From the NCBI GenBank assembly GCA_963749075.1, contig CAVVLJ010000017.1:256001-320000 (forward strand): a stretch of 64,000 bases of DNA, given 5' to 3'. Positions 30,155-39,542 of this stretch are shown here, in pieces. This DNA comes from an uncultured Pseudomonadota bacterium (GTDB lineage Bacteria; Pseudomonadota; Alphaproteobacteria; JACZXZ01). Position 1 is the stretch's first letter; each line of letters begins with the position of its first letter. The position numbers were made by a program, and so were the translations under genes. The notes under the pieces are model-generated. The model saw only the letters and a list, made by a program, of their open reading frames with translations. It did not search any database and had not been told where the DNA came from.

Positions 30155-31210
30155 ATGGCGAACCCGCTTCTCAGACTCTTCAACGACAGCGCCGCCGGAG
30201 CCCGCGGCAAGGTCATCGGCGTCTACGCGCTCCTCATCGGGGTCAATGTGCTGGCCTGGGCGTGGGCGTTCGCGGCCTTCGGCACTCACCCGGTCCTCCT
30301 CGGCACGGCCCTCCTCGCTTACACCTTCGGCCTGCGCCACGCGGTCGACGCCGATCACATCGCGGCGATCGACAACGTGACGCGCAAGCTCATGCAGGAG
30401 GGCAAGCGCCCGGTCGCGGTCGGCTTCTTCTTCTCGCTCGGCCACTCGACCGTGGTGATCGCGATGACCATCGGGGTCGCCATCGCCACCGTATCGCTCG
30501 AGTCGCACTTCGACGACTTCAAGTCGGTCGGCGGCGTCATCAGCACCGGCATCTCGGCGCTCTTCCTCTTCGCGATAGCGCTCGCCAACATCCTCATCCT
30601 GGCGTCGATCTACCGCACCTTCCAGGCGGTGAAGCGCGGCGCGCGCCTCGTCGACGAGGATTTCGACATCCTCCTCAACAGCCGCGGCCTTCTCGCGCGG
30701 CTCTTCCGCCCGCTCTTCCGCATGGTGAGCCGCAGCTGGCACCTCTTCCCGATCGGCATCCTCTTCGGCCTCGGCTTCGATACCGCGAGCGAGGTGGCGC
30801 TCTTCGGCATCTCGGCGGCGGAGGCCTCCAAGGGGCTGTCGCTGTGGTCGGTCCTGGTGTTCCCGGCACTCTTCGCCGCCGGCATGTCGCTCGTGGACAC
30901 CACCGACGGCATCCTCATGCTGGGCGCCTACGGCTGGGCCTTCATGAAGCCGGTCAGGAAGCTCTACTACAACATGACGATCACGGCCGTGTCGGTCGCA
31001 GTCGCGGTCGCCATCGGCGGCATCGAGACGCTGGGGCTGATCGGCGATCAGCTCGACCTCAAGGGCGTCCTCTGGGACGCGGTCGGCGCGCTCAACGACA
31101 ATTTCGGCACGCTCGGCTACATCATCATCGGCATCTTCGTCCTGAGCTGGGCCGCCTCGGTCGTCATCTACCGGATCAAGGGCTACGATTCGATCGAGGT
31201 CAGGTCCTGA
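30155..31210 (+). CDS. NiCoT (HoxN/NixA/NhlF) nickel/cobalt permease
   Basis: GLRHAVDADHIAAIDN, FSLGHSTVV, LFGLGFDTASE signatures. Confidence 0.95.
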   Translation: MANPLLRLFNDSAAGARGKVIGVYALLIGVNVLAWAWAFAAFGTHPVLLGTALLAYTFGLRHAVDADHIAAIDNVTRKLMQEGKRPVAVGFFFSLGHSTVVIAMTIGVAIATVSLESHFDDFKSVGGVISTGISALFLFAIALANILILASIYRTFQAVKRGARLVDEDFDILLNSRGLLARLFRPLFRMVSRSWHLFPIGILFGLGFDTASEVALFGISAAEASKGLSLWSVLVFPALFAAGMSLVDTTDGILMLGAYGWAFMKPVRKLYYNMTITAVSVAVAVAIGGIETLGLIGDQLDLKGVLWDAVGALNDNFGTLGYIIIGIFVLSWAASVVIYRIKGYDSIEVRS

Positions 31211-31235
31211 GCCGGGCGCCGGCCGCAGGGACGGC

Positions 31236-31799
31236 ATGGCGGCAGGCGGCGGAATTCTTCCCGGCATGCCCGTCGCCAAGGGGCAGGGCCGGCACGGCTT
31301 GGGCGCCATCGCGACGGAGGACCTCGCGGAAGGCGCCGTGGTCATCCCGCAATGGCTCGAAATTGCCGAGCCGCTCGAGGGCTGGGCGCACGTCGACCGG
31401 CGCGAGGTGCGGCGGCTCGCGCCGCGCGCGCGCGCGTTCTTCCTCGATTACATGATGGACCTCGACTTCGATCTCCTGATCGGTCCGCTCTCGCCCGGCG
31501 CGGTCATGACGCCGGACTGCTTCGTCAATCATTCCTGCGCGCCCAACCTGCGCTTCGATCGGCGCGACAACGTGGTGGCCGCCCGGCGCATCCGGAGGGG
31601 CGAGGAGGTCGTCATCGACTACGGCTTCTTCAACGTGAACTTCGACCTCGAGTTCGCTTGCGCCTGCGGCTCGGCACAGTGCCGCGGCCGCGTCGGGCGG
31701 CGCGATTGGCAGGATCTCGCTCAGGTCTATGGCCTCGACATGCCGCGCTTCCTCCACGGCCGCTTGGCACGGCTCCTCGGTAATCGGAGAGTTGGCTGA
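31236..31799 (+). CDS. SET-domain protein with post-SET zinc motif
   Basis: GLGAIA, FVNHSCAPN, GEEVVIDY, CACGSAQCRG. Confidence 0.88.
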   Translation: MAAGGGILPGMPVAKGQGRHGLGAIATEDLAEGAVVIPQWLEIAEPLEGWAHVDRREVRRLAPRARAFFLDYMMDLDFDLLIGPLSPGAVMTPDCFVNHSCAPNLRFDRRDNVVAARRIRRGEEVVIDYGFFNVNFDLEFACACGSAQCRGRVGRRDWQDLAQVYGLDMPRFLHGRLARLLGNRRVG

Positions 31800-31888
31800 G
31801 CCCGGCCAAGGCGCGCGGTGGGCGCCATCGAAAGCGACCGCGGGCTTTATGCCGATAAAACGGCGCAGCTCGCGAGACCGCGCGGCAG

Positions 31889-31977
31889 TGGTGCCCGCCG
31901 GGGGACTCGAACCCCCACCCCGGTTGCCCAGGAACGGATTTTAAGTCCGTTGCGTCTACCGGTTCCGCCAGGCGGGC
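31889..31977 (-). tRNA. tRNA-Leu (anticodon UAA)
   Basis: GCCCGCC acceptor stem, GGTAGACGC D arm, ACGGA-CTTAAAA-TCCGT anticodon arm, long variable arm, GGTTCGAGTCC T arm, encoded CCA. Confidence 0.96.
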
Positions 31978-32000
31978 GACGTGCCAGCTCGGAGAGGCGG

Positions 32001-32089
32001 ACCCTAGTCCCCGCTCCTGGAGGGTGCAAGGCCGGCGCGCGGCCGGCGGCTAGCCAGCGTTGCACGCCTGCCCGCCCAAGGGGTAGTCT
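32001..32089. promoter_or_regulatory. Divergent sigma70-type promoters (tRNA-Leu on -, DUF433 gene on +)
   Basis: Minus: TTGCAC-17-TAGGGT (32001-32029). Plus: TTGCAC-18-TAGTCT (32060-32089), 6 nt before ATG, suggesting a leaderless mRNA. Confidence 0.5.
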
Positions 32090-32095
32090 CGCGCC

Positions 32096-32308
32096 ATGAA
32101 ACAGCCCGTCGTCTGTCGGAATCCCGATATCATGGGGGGCACGCCCGTGTTCTGCGGCACGCGCGTGCCCGTCCAGACGCTGCTCGATCACCTGGAAGCG
32201 GGCAATTCGATCGACGAATTCCTCGCAGGCTTTCCATCGGTCACGCGCGAGCAGATCATCGCATTTCTCGAAGAGGCCAAAGACCGGTTCCTTCAATCGG
32301 TCATATGA
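32096..32308 (+). CDS. DUF433 antitoxin-like protein
   Basis: PDIMGGTPVFCGTRVPVQTLLDHLEAG.SIDEFL..FPSV. Confidence 0.9.
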   Translation: MKQPVVCRNPDIMGGTPVFCGTRVPVQTLLDHLEAGNSIDEFLAGFPSVTREQIIAFLEEAKDRFLQSVI

Positions 32309-32431
32309 AGATCCTCAGCGGAAGGCACGATCTTTGCTCCGCTGTTGGCAGCGTTGACGCCGAACGAGCGGACACGCCGGGCGAGTGGCAGCTATGCCGC
32401 GCGCGTCCGCTCTGGCATAAGGACGGCATGC

Positions 32432-32591
32432 CTAGTACCGGGAATCATTGATGCGCAGCTCACCCCCCTCCCTAACCCTCCCCCTCAAGGGGGGAGGGGA
32501 AGTGCATGGCAAGGCAACAAACTTCCCCCTCCCCCTTGAAGGGGGAGGGTGGGGAGGGGGTGATACATGCCTCAACGATGGTGAGTACTAG
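32432..32591. mobile_element. ~160-bp CTAG-bounded REPIN/MITE-like element (complete copy)
   Basis: CTAGTACCGGGAATCATTGATG...REP doublet...TCAACGATGGTGAGTACTAG; imperfect terminal IRs. Confidence 0.75.
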
Positions 32592-32835
32592 CTTCCTCCT
32601 GCGCAACATACCCTGGCGCAGCCGCGCGCTCTGGCTGCGCATCGGCTATGGTGCCACCGCCCTCTGGATGGTCGCCATCCTCGTCCTCACGGGCGAGGAC
32701 GTGCACGATCCGCTCTTCAGGCTTATCTTCGACGTACCGCTCGCGGGCTGGATTATCGGCGTGATCGCGGCACGCCTCATCGCTCGCCGCTGGCCCGCAG
32801 AGCGGCAGCGCGACGACAGGCGCCCCCGGCCCTGA
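32578..32835 (+). CDS. Small hypothetical membrane protein
   Basis: Two hydrophobic segments; first ATG lies inside the repeat element. Confidence 0.5.
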   Translation: MVSTSFLLRNIPWRSRALWLRIGYGATALWMVAILVLTGEDVHDPLFRLIFDVPLAGWIIGVIAARLIARRWPAERQRDDRRPRP

Positions 32836-32838
32836 GGC

Positions 32839-33615
32839 TCAGCCGCCCGCGTCCTCGAGGATCTCGCCGCCGAGCCCCGTCAAGAGGGTGCGGAGCTCGG
32901 CCGCGGTGCGCCCGATCGCGGCAGCGTCCACGGCGCGGATGACGAGGCTCACGCCGAAGCGGCCCTGGCGGTAGAAGGGATAGCTGCCGATCTCGACCTC
33001 CTGGTGGGCGGCCTGCAGCGCCGCGAGCCGCTCGGCGATCTTGCCCTCGGGCAGGTTGGTCGCGACCGTGCGCGAGAGCACGACGGCGCCGCCCGTCAGG
33101 CGATGCTTGAGGCCCTGGAACATGGCCTGCATGATCGAGGGCACCCCCGCCATGACGAAGACGTTGCCGATCTGGAAGCCGGGCGCCCCGCTCACCGGGT
33201 TCTCCACCAGCACACCGCCCTCGGGCACGTTCGCCATGCGCAAGCGCGCCTCGTTGAGCTCGGCCGGGTCCTTGAAGCGGCTAGCCAAGATGCGCACCGC
33301 CTCGGGATGGCGCAGGAGCGGCACGCCGAAGGCCTTGGCCACGCACTCGGCGGTGATGTCGTCGTGGGTCGGCCCTATGCCGCCCGTGGTGAAGACGTAA
33401 TCGAACTGCGCGCGGAGCGCGTTGACCGCGGCGATGATGTGCGCCTCGATGTCGGGCACCACGCGCGCCTCCATGAGCCGCACGCCGAGCTTGTTGAGCT
33501 CAGCCGCCAGATAGGCGAGGTTGACGTCCTTGGTGCGGCCCGAGAGGATCTCGTTGCCGATGACGAGCACCGCCGCGGTGACGGTCTTGGGCGCTCGGGC
33601 GGAGGGCTCGCTCAT
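32839..33615 (-). CDS. CinA-like molybdopterin-binding-domain protein
   Basis: IGNEILSGRTKD.N, TTGGIGPTHDDIT, MAGVP, IGSYP. Confidence 0.9.
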   Translation of the reverse strand: MSEPSARAPKTVTAAVLVIGNEILSGRTKDVNLAYLAAELNKLGVRLMEARVVPDIEAHIIAAVNALRAQFDYVFTTGGIGPTHDDITAECVAKAFGVPLLRHPEAVRILASRFKDPAELNEARLRMANVPEGGVLVENPVSGAPGFQIGNVFVMAGVPSIMQAMFQGLKHRLTGGAVVLSRTVATNLPEGKIAERLAALQAAHQEVEIGSYPFYRQGRFGVSLVIRAVDAAAIGRTAAELRTLLTGLGGEILEDAGG

Positions 33616-33719
33616 GGCACCTCGGATAGGGCACCCCCCGGCGGGAGCCGGGCGGAGGGTGAGGCCGGATTATCGGGCCAAGATATAGCGCATCCGAGGT
33701 GCCGCGGTCAGTTGCCGCC

Positions 33720-34484
33720 TCAAGGGGCCGAGCCGGGCATGGCCGGCGGGCGGGCCGCGATCGCGAGGTCGCCGGCGTAAGGGTGGCTCACCTTCTGCAG
33801 CAGCCAGGCGTGCTGCTCGTTGAAGGCATAGACGGGCTCGTAGCGCCCGACGACGCGCGACCACCAGATGCTGCCGTTCTGGTTGTCGAGGATGTACCAG
33901 TCGTAGCGGTCATAGACCGCAAGCACGGCATGGCCGGCATTGAGCTGGCGGTCGTGCACGACGACGATGCGCAGCACCGAGGCGGGCACGCCCATCTCGC
34001 GCAGCGAGAAGTACTTGGCGATGACGAAGTCCATGCAGTCGCCGCCGTAGCGCAGGAACTCGCGCGGCGTCTCCCAGCGCTGGGCCGGCTGCACGACCAG
34101 CGGCAGGCCGACATAGGGCGTGCCGTTGACGAAGCGATTGACGCCGTCGAGCTGCGCCACCCAGCGCACGCGCGAGAGGCGGGAGAGGAGCTGGTGCCAC
34201 GCCAGCTCGCGGCAATCCTCGGGGCGGCGTGCGGTGCAGGATGCCGGCGCCTGGGCGCGCTGTTGCGCATAGCGCGCCAGCACCGCCTTCCATTGCGCCA
34301 AGGCCGAGAGCGCCGCGAGCGGCTTCTCGCGCGCGCCGAAGATCGGCGGCAGGGCCGGCTCGCCGGCGCGCGCACCGCAGCTGGCGGCGAGCGCCGAGGC
34401 GCACGCCACGAGAACGAGAAAGGCGCTCCTCAAGCGCGCCGCGAGCGAACGGGCCGCGGCACCGGACTCGACGTGGGCAATCAT
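33720..34484 (-). CDS. Transglutaminase-like cysteine peptidase (BTLCP/LapG-like), exported
   Basis: VNRFVN, WETP.EF, GDCMDFVIAKY, HAVLAV, ILDN (Cys-His-Asp triad). Confidence 0.88.
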   Translation of the reverse strand: MIAHVESGAAARSLAARLRSAFLVLVACASALAASCGARAGEPALPPIFGAREKPLAALSALAQWKAVLARYAQQRAQAPASCTARRPEDCRELAWHQLLSRLSRVRWVAQLDGVNRFVNGTPYVGLPLVVQPAQRWETPREFLRYGGDCMDFVIAKYFSLREMGVPASVLRIVVVHDRQLNAGHAVLAVYDRYDWYILDNQNGSIWWSRVVGRYEPVYAFNEQHAWLLQKVSHPYAGDLAIAARPPAMPGSAP

Positions 34485-34820
34485 GTCTCGCGCGCACTCC
34501 CGTTCGCAGGCGGTCTCACATAGGCTCCAGCTTGGGCGGGATTCCTTCCCTGCGACGCCTTCTCCACGGCGAGCGTCCCGTTGCAAAGCACATACACGAA
34601 AGCGCGGCGAAAAGCATCCGCTCTTCGCATGCGCGCGCACGAATCTGCGTCATCTAACCGACATGATCGCGCGGCGGTGCTGCCAAAAAATGTCACAAGC
34701 ATGCGCGTGGCGAGAGCTTCCGATCGCTCCAAATGGATAAGGCAGGCACGCCGGCTGCGCGCGTCCAGAGCGAATCGAGTTCAAGCATCGCGCCCGGCGC
34801 GCAATCACCAGGAGCGTCCG

Positions 34821-35456
34821 ATGCCCATCCGCCTCACCCACCTCTTGGCGACGATCGCCCTGGCCGCGGCACTCTCCTCGAGCGCCGCCGCCGCGGTTGC
34901 CGCCGAGCCCGATTGCCGAGCCCTCGACGACCAGCCCTGCGCCGTGCGCAAAGAGCTCGCCGGCCTCTTGGCGGCGGCAGCACTCGCCGCGGCACTCTCT
35001 TATAGCGGCGCCGCGCAAGCATGGGCGGCGGACGCGGCGCCTTCCGGGCAGTTGCCCGAGCAAGTGGCGGCGGCGAACATGCCGCCCGAGGTGCGATCGC
35101 CGGCGGCGGCCTCCATCCAGTTCTCGGGCGGCCAGGTCGCCGCCGGCATCGGCTACAGCTGGGGCAGCGGCACGCTCGCGTTCGACGGCCGGCGATACCC
35201 CTTCCATATCGAGGGGCTTTCCATCGCCAACGTCGGCGCCAGCACCGTCTCGGCGGCGGGCCAAGTCTATCACCTCCGCAGCATCCGCGACTTCCCCGGC
35301 ACCTACGCGGCGGTGAGCGCCGGCGCCACGGTGGGCGGCGGCGAGAGCGTCACTTACCTGCGCAACGAGCACGGTGTCGTCATCGAGCTCATCGCCACCT
35401 CGGCGGGCCTCGACTTCCAGCTCTCCGGCAATGGGGTCAAGATCAGCCTCGACTAG
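34821..35456 (+). CDS. Exported DUF1134/EipA-like beta-rich protein
   Basis: GIGYSWGSGTL, AGQVYHL..I.DFPGTY, LRNEHGVVIEL; GGAG RBS. Confidence 0.65.
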   Translation: MPIRLTHLLATIALAAALSSSAAAAVAAEPDCRALDDQPCAVRKELAGLLAAAALAAALSYSGAAQAWAADAAPSGQLPEQVAAANMPPEVRSPAAASIQFSGGQVAAGIGYSWGSGTLAFDGRRYPFHIEGLSIANVGASTVSAAGQVYHLRSIRDFPGTYAAVSAGATVGGGESVTYLRNEHGVVIELIATSAGLDFQLSGNGVKISLD

Positions 35457-35483
35457 CCCGGGCAGCCCGGAAGGGTCGCGCTC

Positions 35484-35515
35484 TTGACGACATTCCATAG
35501 AGGGAATAAATAGGA
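35484..35515 (+). promoter_or_regulatory. TA promoter with operator palindrome
   Basis: TTGACG at 35484 followed by IR ATTCC-ATAGAG-GGAAT (35492-35507) and an AGGAG RBS. Confidence 0.55.
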
Positions 35516-35517
35516 GC

Positions 35518-35877
35518 GTGGCCTGGGAGGTCGAATATTCCGACCAGTTCGGCGGTTGGTGGACGGAACTGGACGAGGCGCAGCAGGATCGGATTGCGGC
35601 GGCGGTCAAGCTCCTGGCCGCGCAAGGTCCGGCCCTCCCCTTTCCCTATTCGTCGGGTATCAACGGGTCGAGGCACGCCCATATGCGGGAGTTGAGGGTG
35701 CAGAGCGGCGGCCATCCCCTGCGCATTTTCTATGCCTTCGATCCGCGCCGAACTGCCATCCTGCTTATCGGCGGCGAGAAGACAGGCAAGGATCGGTTTT
35801 ACGAGGAATACATGCCACTAGCGGACGACCTGTACGACGCGTATCTACAGGAACTCAAGGCGGAGGGTTTGATATGA
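35518..35877 (+). CDS. RelE/HigB-family toxin (Gp49-like)
   Basis: GPALPFPYS, MRELRVQ, RIFYAFDPRRTAILLIGG.K. Confidence 0.9.
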   Translation: MAWEVEYSDQFGGWWTELDEAQQDRIAAAVKLLAAQGPALPFPYSSGINGSRHAHMRELRVQSGGHPLRIFYAFDPRRTAILLIGGEKTGKDRFYEEYMPLADDLYDAYLQELKAEGLI

Positions 35878-36206
35878 CGGGCCGACACAAGTTTTCCGAG
35901 CTGGTGGCCAAGATGCCGCCGGAGCGGCGTGCGCGCGTTGACCGGATGGCCGGGGAAATGCGCGAGGAAATGGACCTGACGCAGCTGCGGACGGCGCGCC
36001 AGCTTTCGCAGGCGGCCTTGGGTGAGATCCTGCATGTCGAGCAGCCCGCCGTCGCCAAGATCGAGAAGCGCACGGACATGTATGTGAGCACGCTGCGCCG
36101 CTTCATCGAAGCGATGGGCGGCGAGCTGGAGATCACCGCGCGTTTCCCCGATCACAATGTGCGCATCAAGAACTTCCGCGATCTTGGGGAGCGTGAGCCG
36201 GCGTGA
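35874..36206 (+). CDS. XRE-family HigA-like antitoxin
   Basis: ATGA overlap with toxin; LRTARQLSQ..L...L.V.QPAVAKIEKRTDMYVSTLRRFIEAMGGEL. Confidence 0.9.
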   Translation: MTGRHKFSELVAKMPPERRARVDRMAGEMREEMDLTQLRTARQLSQAALGEILHVEQPAVAKIEKRTDMYVSTLRRFIEAMGGELEITARFPDHNVRIKNFRDLGEREPA

Positions 36207-36477
36207 CGGAAAATTTGCGCTGCCGCACAAAGCACCCGCAAATAAGCGGACGTATTCTCCAGGCACCCCCAAACAGGTTCTGCTGCGCTATGACTGATTG
36301 ACGAAGCTTAAATATTTAAATCCGCCGCTGATGCGACCGGCCGTTTCGGCGGGCTCCCAGATTTCGCGGCCCACATGGCCGCCTCACGCTTTCGGTAGGG
36401 CCGCCATCTCCGCGCCGGAGCGGCGCCGAAGAGCGGCTCCCGGTTGAAAGGCTCGCGCCCTGCCACTAAGGTCCGCC

Positions 36478-37229
36478 ATGCGCTTCCGCGAGCCCCTCCT
36501 CCCCGCCCGGCTGATCCGGCGCTACAAGCGCTTCCTCGCCGACGTTCGAGCTCGCGGACGGCACCGTCGCGACCGTGCATTGCCCCAATCCGGGCGGCAT
36601 GATCGGCCTCGACGCAGCCGGCTCGGAGGTCTGGCTCTCGCGCGCTGCCAATCCGGCGCGCAAGCTTCCCCTCACCTTCGAGCTGGTGCGCACCGCGGGC
36701 GGGCTCGTCGGCATCAACACCAGCCTCCCGAACGGGCTCGTCGAGGAGGCGCTCTCGGCAGGCAGGCTTCCCGAGCTTGCCGGCTACGCTGGCCATGCGC
36801 CGGGAGGTGCGCTACGGCGAGAGCTCGCGCATCGACCTCCTCCTCGAGGGGCCCGGGCGACCCCCTTGCTACGTCGAGGTCAAGAACGTACATCTGAAGC
36901 GCGACCCGCGTCCGGCGGGCGGGCCGGCCGAGTTTCCCGACGCCGTCACCGCGCGCGGCACCAAGCACTTGAGGGAGCTCGCCAACGAGGCGGCGGGCGG
37001 CGCCCGGGCGGTCATGGTCTATGTCGTGCAGCGGGAGGACTGCGACAGCTTCCGCATCGCCGCCGACATCGATCCGGCCTACGAGAGGGCGCTTCACGAG
37101 GCGATGGCGCGCGGCGTCGAGGCGTTGTGTTATGCTTGCCAAATGACGACCGAGGCCATTCTATTGACGAGGCCGCTCCCGCTCGAGCTCGACCGGGGGA
37201 CGGCGGGAAAAATGGGCAGCTTGAGATGA
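36478..37229 (+). pseudogene. sfsA: SfsA nuclease with two +1 frameshifts (~36546, ~36790); possibly sequencing errors
   Basis: [12 protein letters not shown], then HCPNPG.M in the next frame, then SRIDLL..YVEVK, FPDAVT.RG.KHL.EL in the third frame. Confidence 0.85.
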
Positions 37230-38053
37230 CGAGCCAGATGGAGCGCAGCGCCTGGGCCAACCGTGAGGACACCCGGATCAAGATCCACGGGCCCGATCAC
37301 TTCGAGGGCATGCGGCTCGCCGGGCGCCTCGCGGCCGAGACCCTCGACTTCATCACACCCCACGTCAAGGCGGGCGTCTCGACGGCCGAGCTCGACCGCC
37401 TGTGCCACGATTTCATCGTGAGCCACGGCGCCGTGCCGGCGCCGCTCAACTACCGCGGCTTCCCGCGCTCGATCTGCACCTCGGTCAACCACGTCGTCTG
37501 CCACGGCATCCCCTCCGAGGACAAGGTGCTGGCCGAGGGCGACATCATCAACATCGACGTGACCACCATCCTCGACGGCTGGCACGGCGACACCAGCCGC
37601 ATGTTCGAGGTGGGCGAGGTCAAGCTCAAGGCGCACCGGCTCATCGAGACGACCTACGAGGCCATGATGCTCGGCATCGCGGCGGTGCGCCCGGGGGCGA
37701 CCACGGGCGACATCGGCCATGCCATCCAGAGCTTCGCCGAGGCGCTGCGCTATTCGGTGGTGCGCGATTTCTGCGGCCACGGGCTCGGCCGCATCTTCCA
37801 CGACGCGCCGAGCATCCTCCACTTCGGCGAGCCCGGCGAGGGCATCGTGCTGCGCGAGGGCATGTTCTTCACGGTCGAGCCCATGATCAACGCCGGCAAG
37901 CTCGCCGTGAAGATCCTCGGCGACGGCTGGACCGCGGTCACCAAGGACCGCTCGCTGTCGGCCCAGTTCGAGCACTCGGTGGGTGTCACGCCCGGTGGCT
38001 GCGAGATCTTCACGCTCTCGCCCAAGGGCTGGCACAAGCCGCCCTACGTCTGA
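37226..38053 (+). CDS. map: Methionine aminopeptidase type I
   Basis: [44 protein letters not shown]. Confidence 0.97.
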   Translation: MTSQMERSAWANREDTRIKIHGPDHFEGMRLAGRLAAETLDFITPHVKAGVSTAELDRLCHDFIVSHGAVPAPLNYRGFPRSICTSVNHVVCHGIPSEDKVLAEGDIINIDVTTILDGWHGDTSRMFEVGEVKLKAHRLIETTYEAMMLGIAAVRPGATTGDIGHAIQSFAEALRYSVVRDFCGHGLGRIFHDAPSILHFGEPGEGIVLREGMFFTVEPMINAGKLAVKILGDGWTAVTKDRSLSAQFEHSVGVTPGGCEIFTLSPKGWHKPPYV

Positions 38054-38063
38054 GCCGGGCTCC

Positions 38064-38765
38064 ATGAAGGAGACCCCGAGCAAGCCCGAGCCGCCCCATT
38101 ACCTGGGCCACCGCCGGCGCTTGAGGGAGCGCTTCCAGCTCGCAGGCGCCGACGCGCTGCCGGACTACGAGCTGCTCGAGCTCCTGCTCTATCTCGCGAT
38201 GCCGCGCGGCGACGTGAAGCCGCTCGCCAAGGCGCTCCTCGCGCACTTCGACAACAGCCTCACAAGCGTGCTCGGCGCCGACCCTAAGGAGCTCGCCGAG
38301 GTCGCCGGCGTGGGCGAGGCCACCATCCACATGCTGAAGCTCGTCCAGGCGGCGGGCGTGCGGCTCGGGCGCGAGGAGGTCATGGCGCGGCCGGTGATCG
38401 GCAACTGGCGCCAGCTCCTCGCCTATTGCCGCGCCGCCATGGCGCACCACAAGGTCGAGCAGTTCCGCGTCCTCTACCTCGACCGCAAGAACGGCGTCAT
38501 CAAGGACGAGGTGCACCAGACCGGCACCGTCGACCACACGCCGGTCTATCCGCGCGAGGTGGTGAAGAGGGCGCTCGAGCTCAGCGCCTCCTCGATCCTC
38601 ATGGTGCACAACCACCCCTCGGGCGACCCGACGCCGTCCCGCGCCGACATCGAGATGACCCGCGAGGTGCGCGAGGCGGCCGAGAAGCTCGGCATCACGC
38701 TGCACGACCACGTGGTCATCTCCAAGAGCGGCCACAACAGCTTCAAGGCGATGGGGCTGCTGTAG
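38064..38765 (+). CDS. radC: RadC (JAB domain) protein
   Basis: GHRRRLRERF, DYELLELLL, VYPREV, HNHPSGDPTPS.AD, DHVVI. Confidence 0.95.
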   Translation: MKETPSKPEPPHYLGHRRRLRERFQLAGADALPDYELLELLLYLAMPRGDVKPLAKALLAHFDNSLTSVLGADPKELAEVAGVGEATIHMLKLVQAAGVRLGREEVMARPVIGNWRQLLAYCRAAMAHHKVEQFRVLYLDRKNGVIKDEVHQTGTVDHTPVYPREVVKRALELSASSILMVHNHPSGDPTPSRADIEMTREVREAAEKLGITLHDHVVISKSGHNSFKAMGLL

Positions 38766-38775
38766 GAAGCACGCC

Positions 38776-39183
38776 TCACGCGCGCTTGGTCGTCGCCTCT
38801 TTTGCGACGGCGGCCAGCGCCTCGGTCATGGCGCCGAGCACCCGTTCCATTCCGGCATCGGCGCCATGGCGTTTGGCGAGCCATGTGGGATCGTTATAGG
38901 CGAGCCAGGTCTTCCCCGCCTCGTCCTGCCAGACCAGGGCCTTGAGCGGCAGGTCGATGCCCGTCGTCTGCGTTGCCTGCATGAGCGGCGTGCCCGCCTT
39001 CGGGTTGCCGAAGATCAGCACTTCGGTCGGCCGCAGCTCCATGCCGGCCTTGGCCGCCGCGGCGGCGTGGTCGATGCGCGCGAGGACGGCCATGCCACGG
39101 CTCGCGACCGCGGCCTCGAGCCGGTCCATCGTCTCCTTGGGCCCGTAACCGCTCGAGGCGACCGTCAGTCCCGCCGGCGTCAT
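38776..39183 (-). CDS. DUF302 domain protein
   Basis: ARIDHAAAA...LRPTEVLIFGNPKAGTPLMQ...DLPLKALVW. Confidence 0.9.
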   Translation of the reverse strand: MTPAGLTVASSGYGPKETMDRLEAAVASRGMAVLARIDHAAAAAKAGMELRPTEVLIFGNPKAGTPLMQATQTTGIDLPLKALVWQDEAGKTWLAYNDPTWLAKRHGADAGMERVLGAMTEALAAVAKEATTKRA

Positions 39184-39542
39184 GCGCGCCTGCCTTTCGC
39201 GCTCTCGTCCGCCGGCTCGACAGACCATCGCGCCTCGACCTCGTCCATCTTCCGAGCGAGCTCCTCGGGCGTGAGGACGCCCTTGCGGAAGAGGATGTTG
39301 GCGAATGCCACGATCCAGCGCTCGTAATAAGTCAGCTTGCCGACCATCTCGGCCCCAAGCGCCTCGACGCCGCAGCGCTTTTCCTCGGTGTTGATGATCT
39401 TGTGGAAGTCGAGCACGTCGGCGAGCGCGTGGCAGCGCTTCTCCCAGGGCTCGAGCTCGTGATCGACGCGCTGGACGGGCTCGGCGGAGAGGCCGCCGAT
39501 GTCGTTCGGCAAGCGTTTCACAAGGTTCTCGGTCTGGGTCAT
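39180..39542 (-). CDS. Thiocyanate hydrolase beta-like subunit (NHase beta N-terminal half)
   Basis: DIGG, EPWEKR, EEKR.GVE, LTYYERW, L..KGVLT.EEL. Confidence 0.82.
   Translation of the reverse strand: MTQTENLVKRLPNDIGGLSAEPVQRVDHELEPWEKRCHALADVLDFHKIINTEEKRCGVEALGAEMVGKLTYYERWIVAFANILFRKGVLTPEELARKMDEVEARWSVEPADESAKGRRA

Noticed and set aside
31800-32100. Integrative element at tRNA-Leu
   Set aside because: No integrase and no duplicated tRNA 3' end found in the window
36308-36322. CtrA box
   Set aside because: Spacing does not fit TTAA-N7-TTAAC
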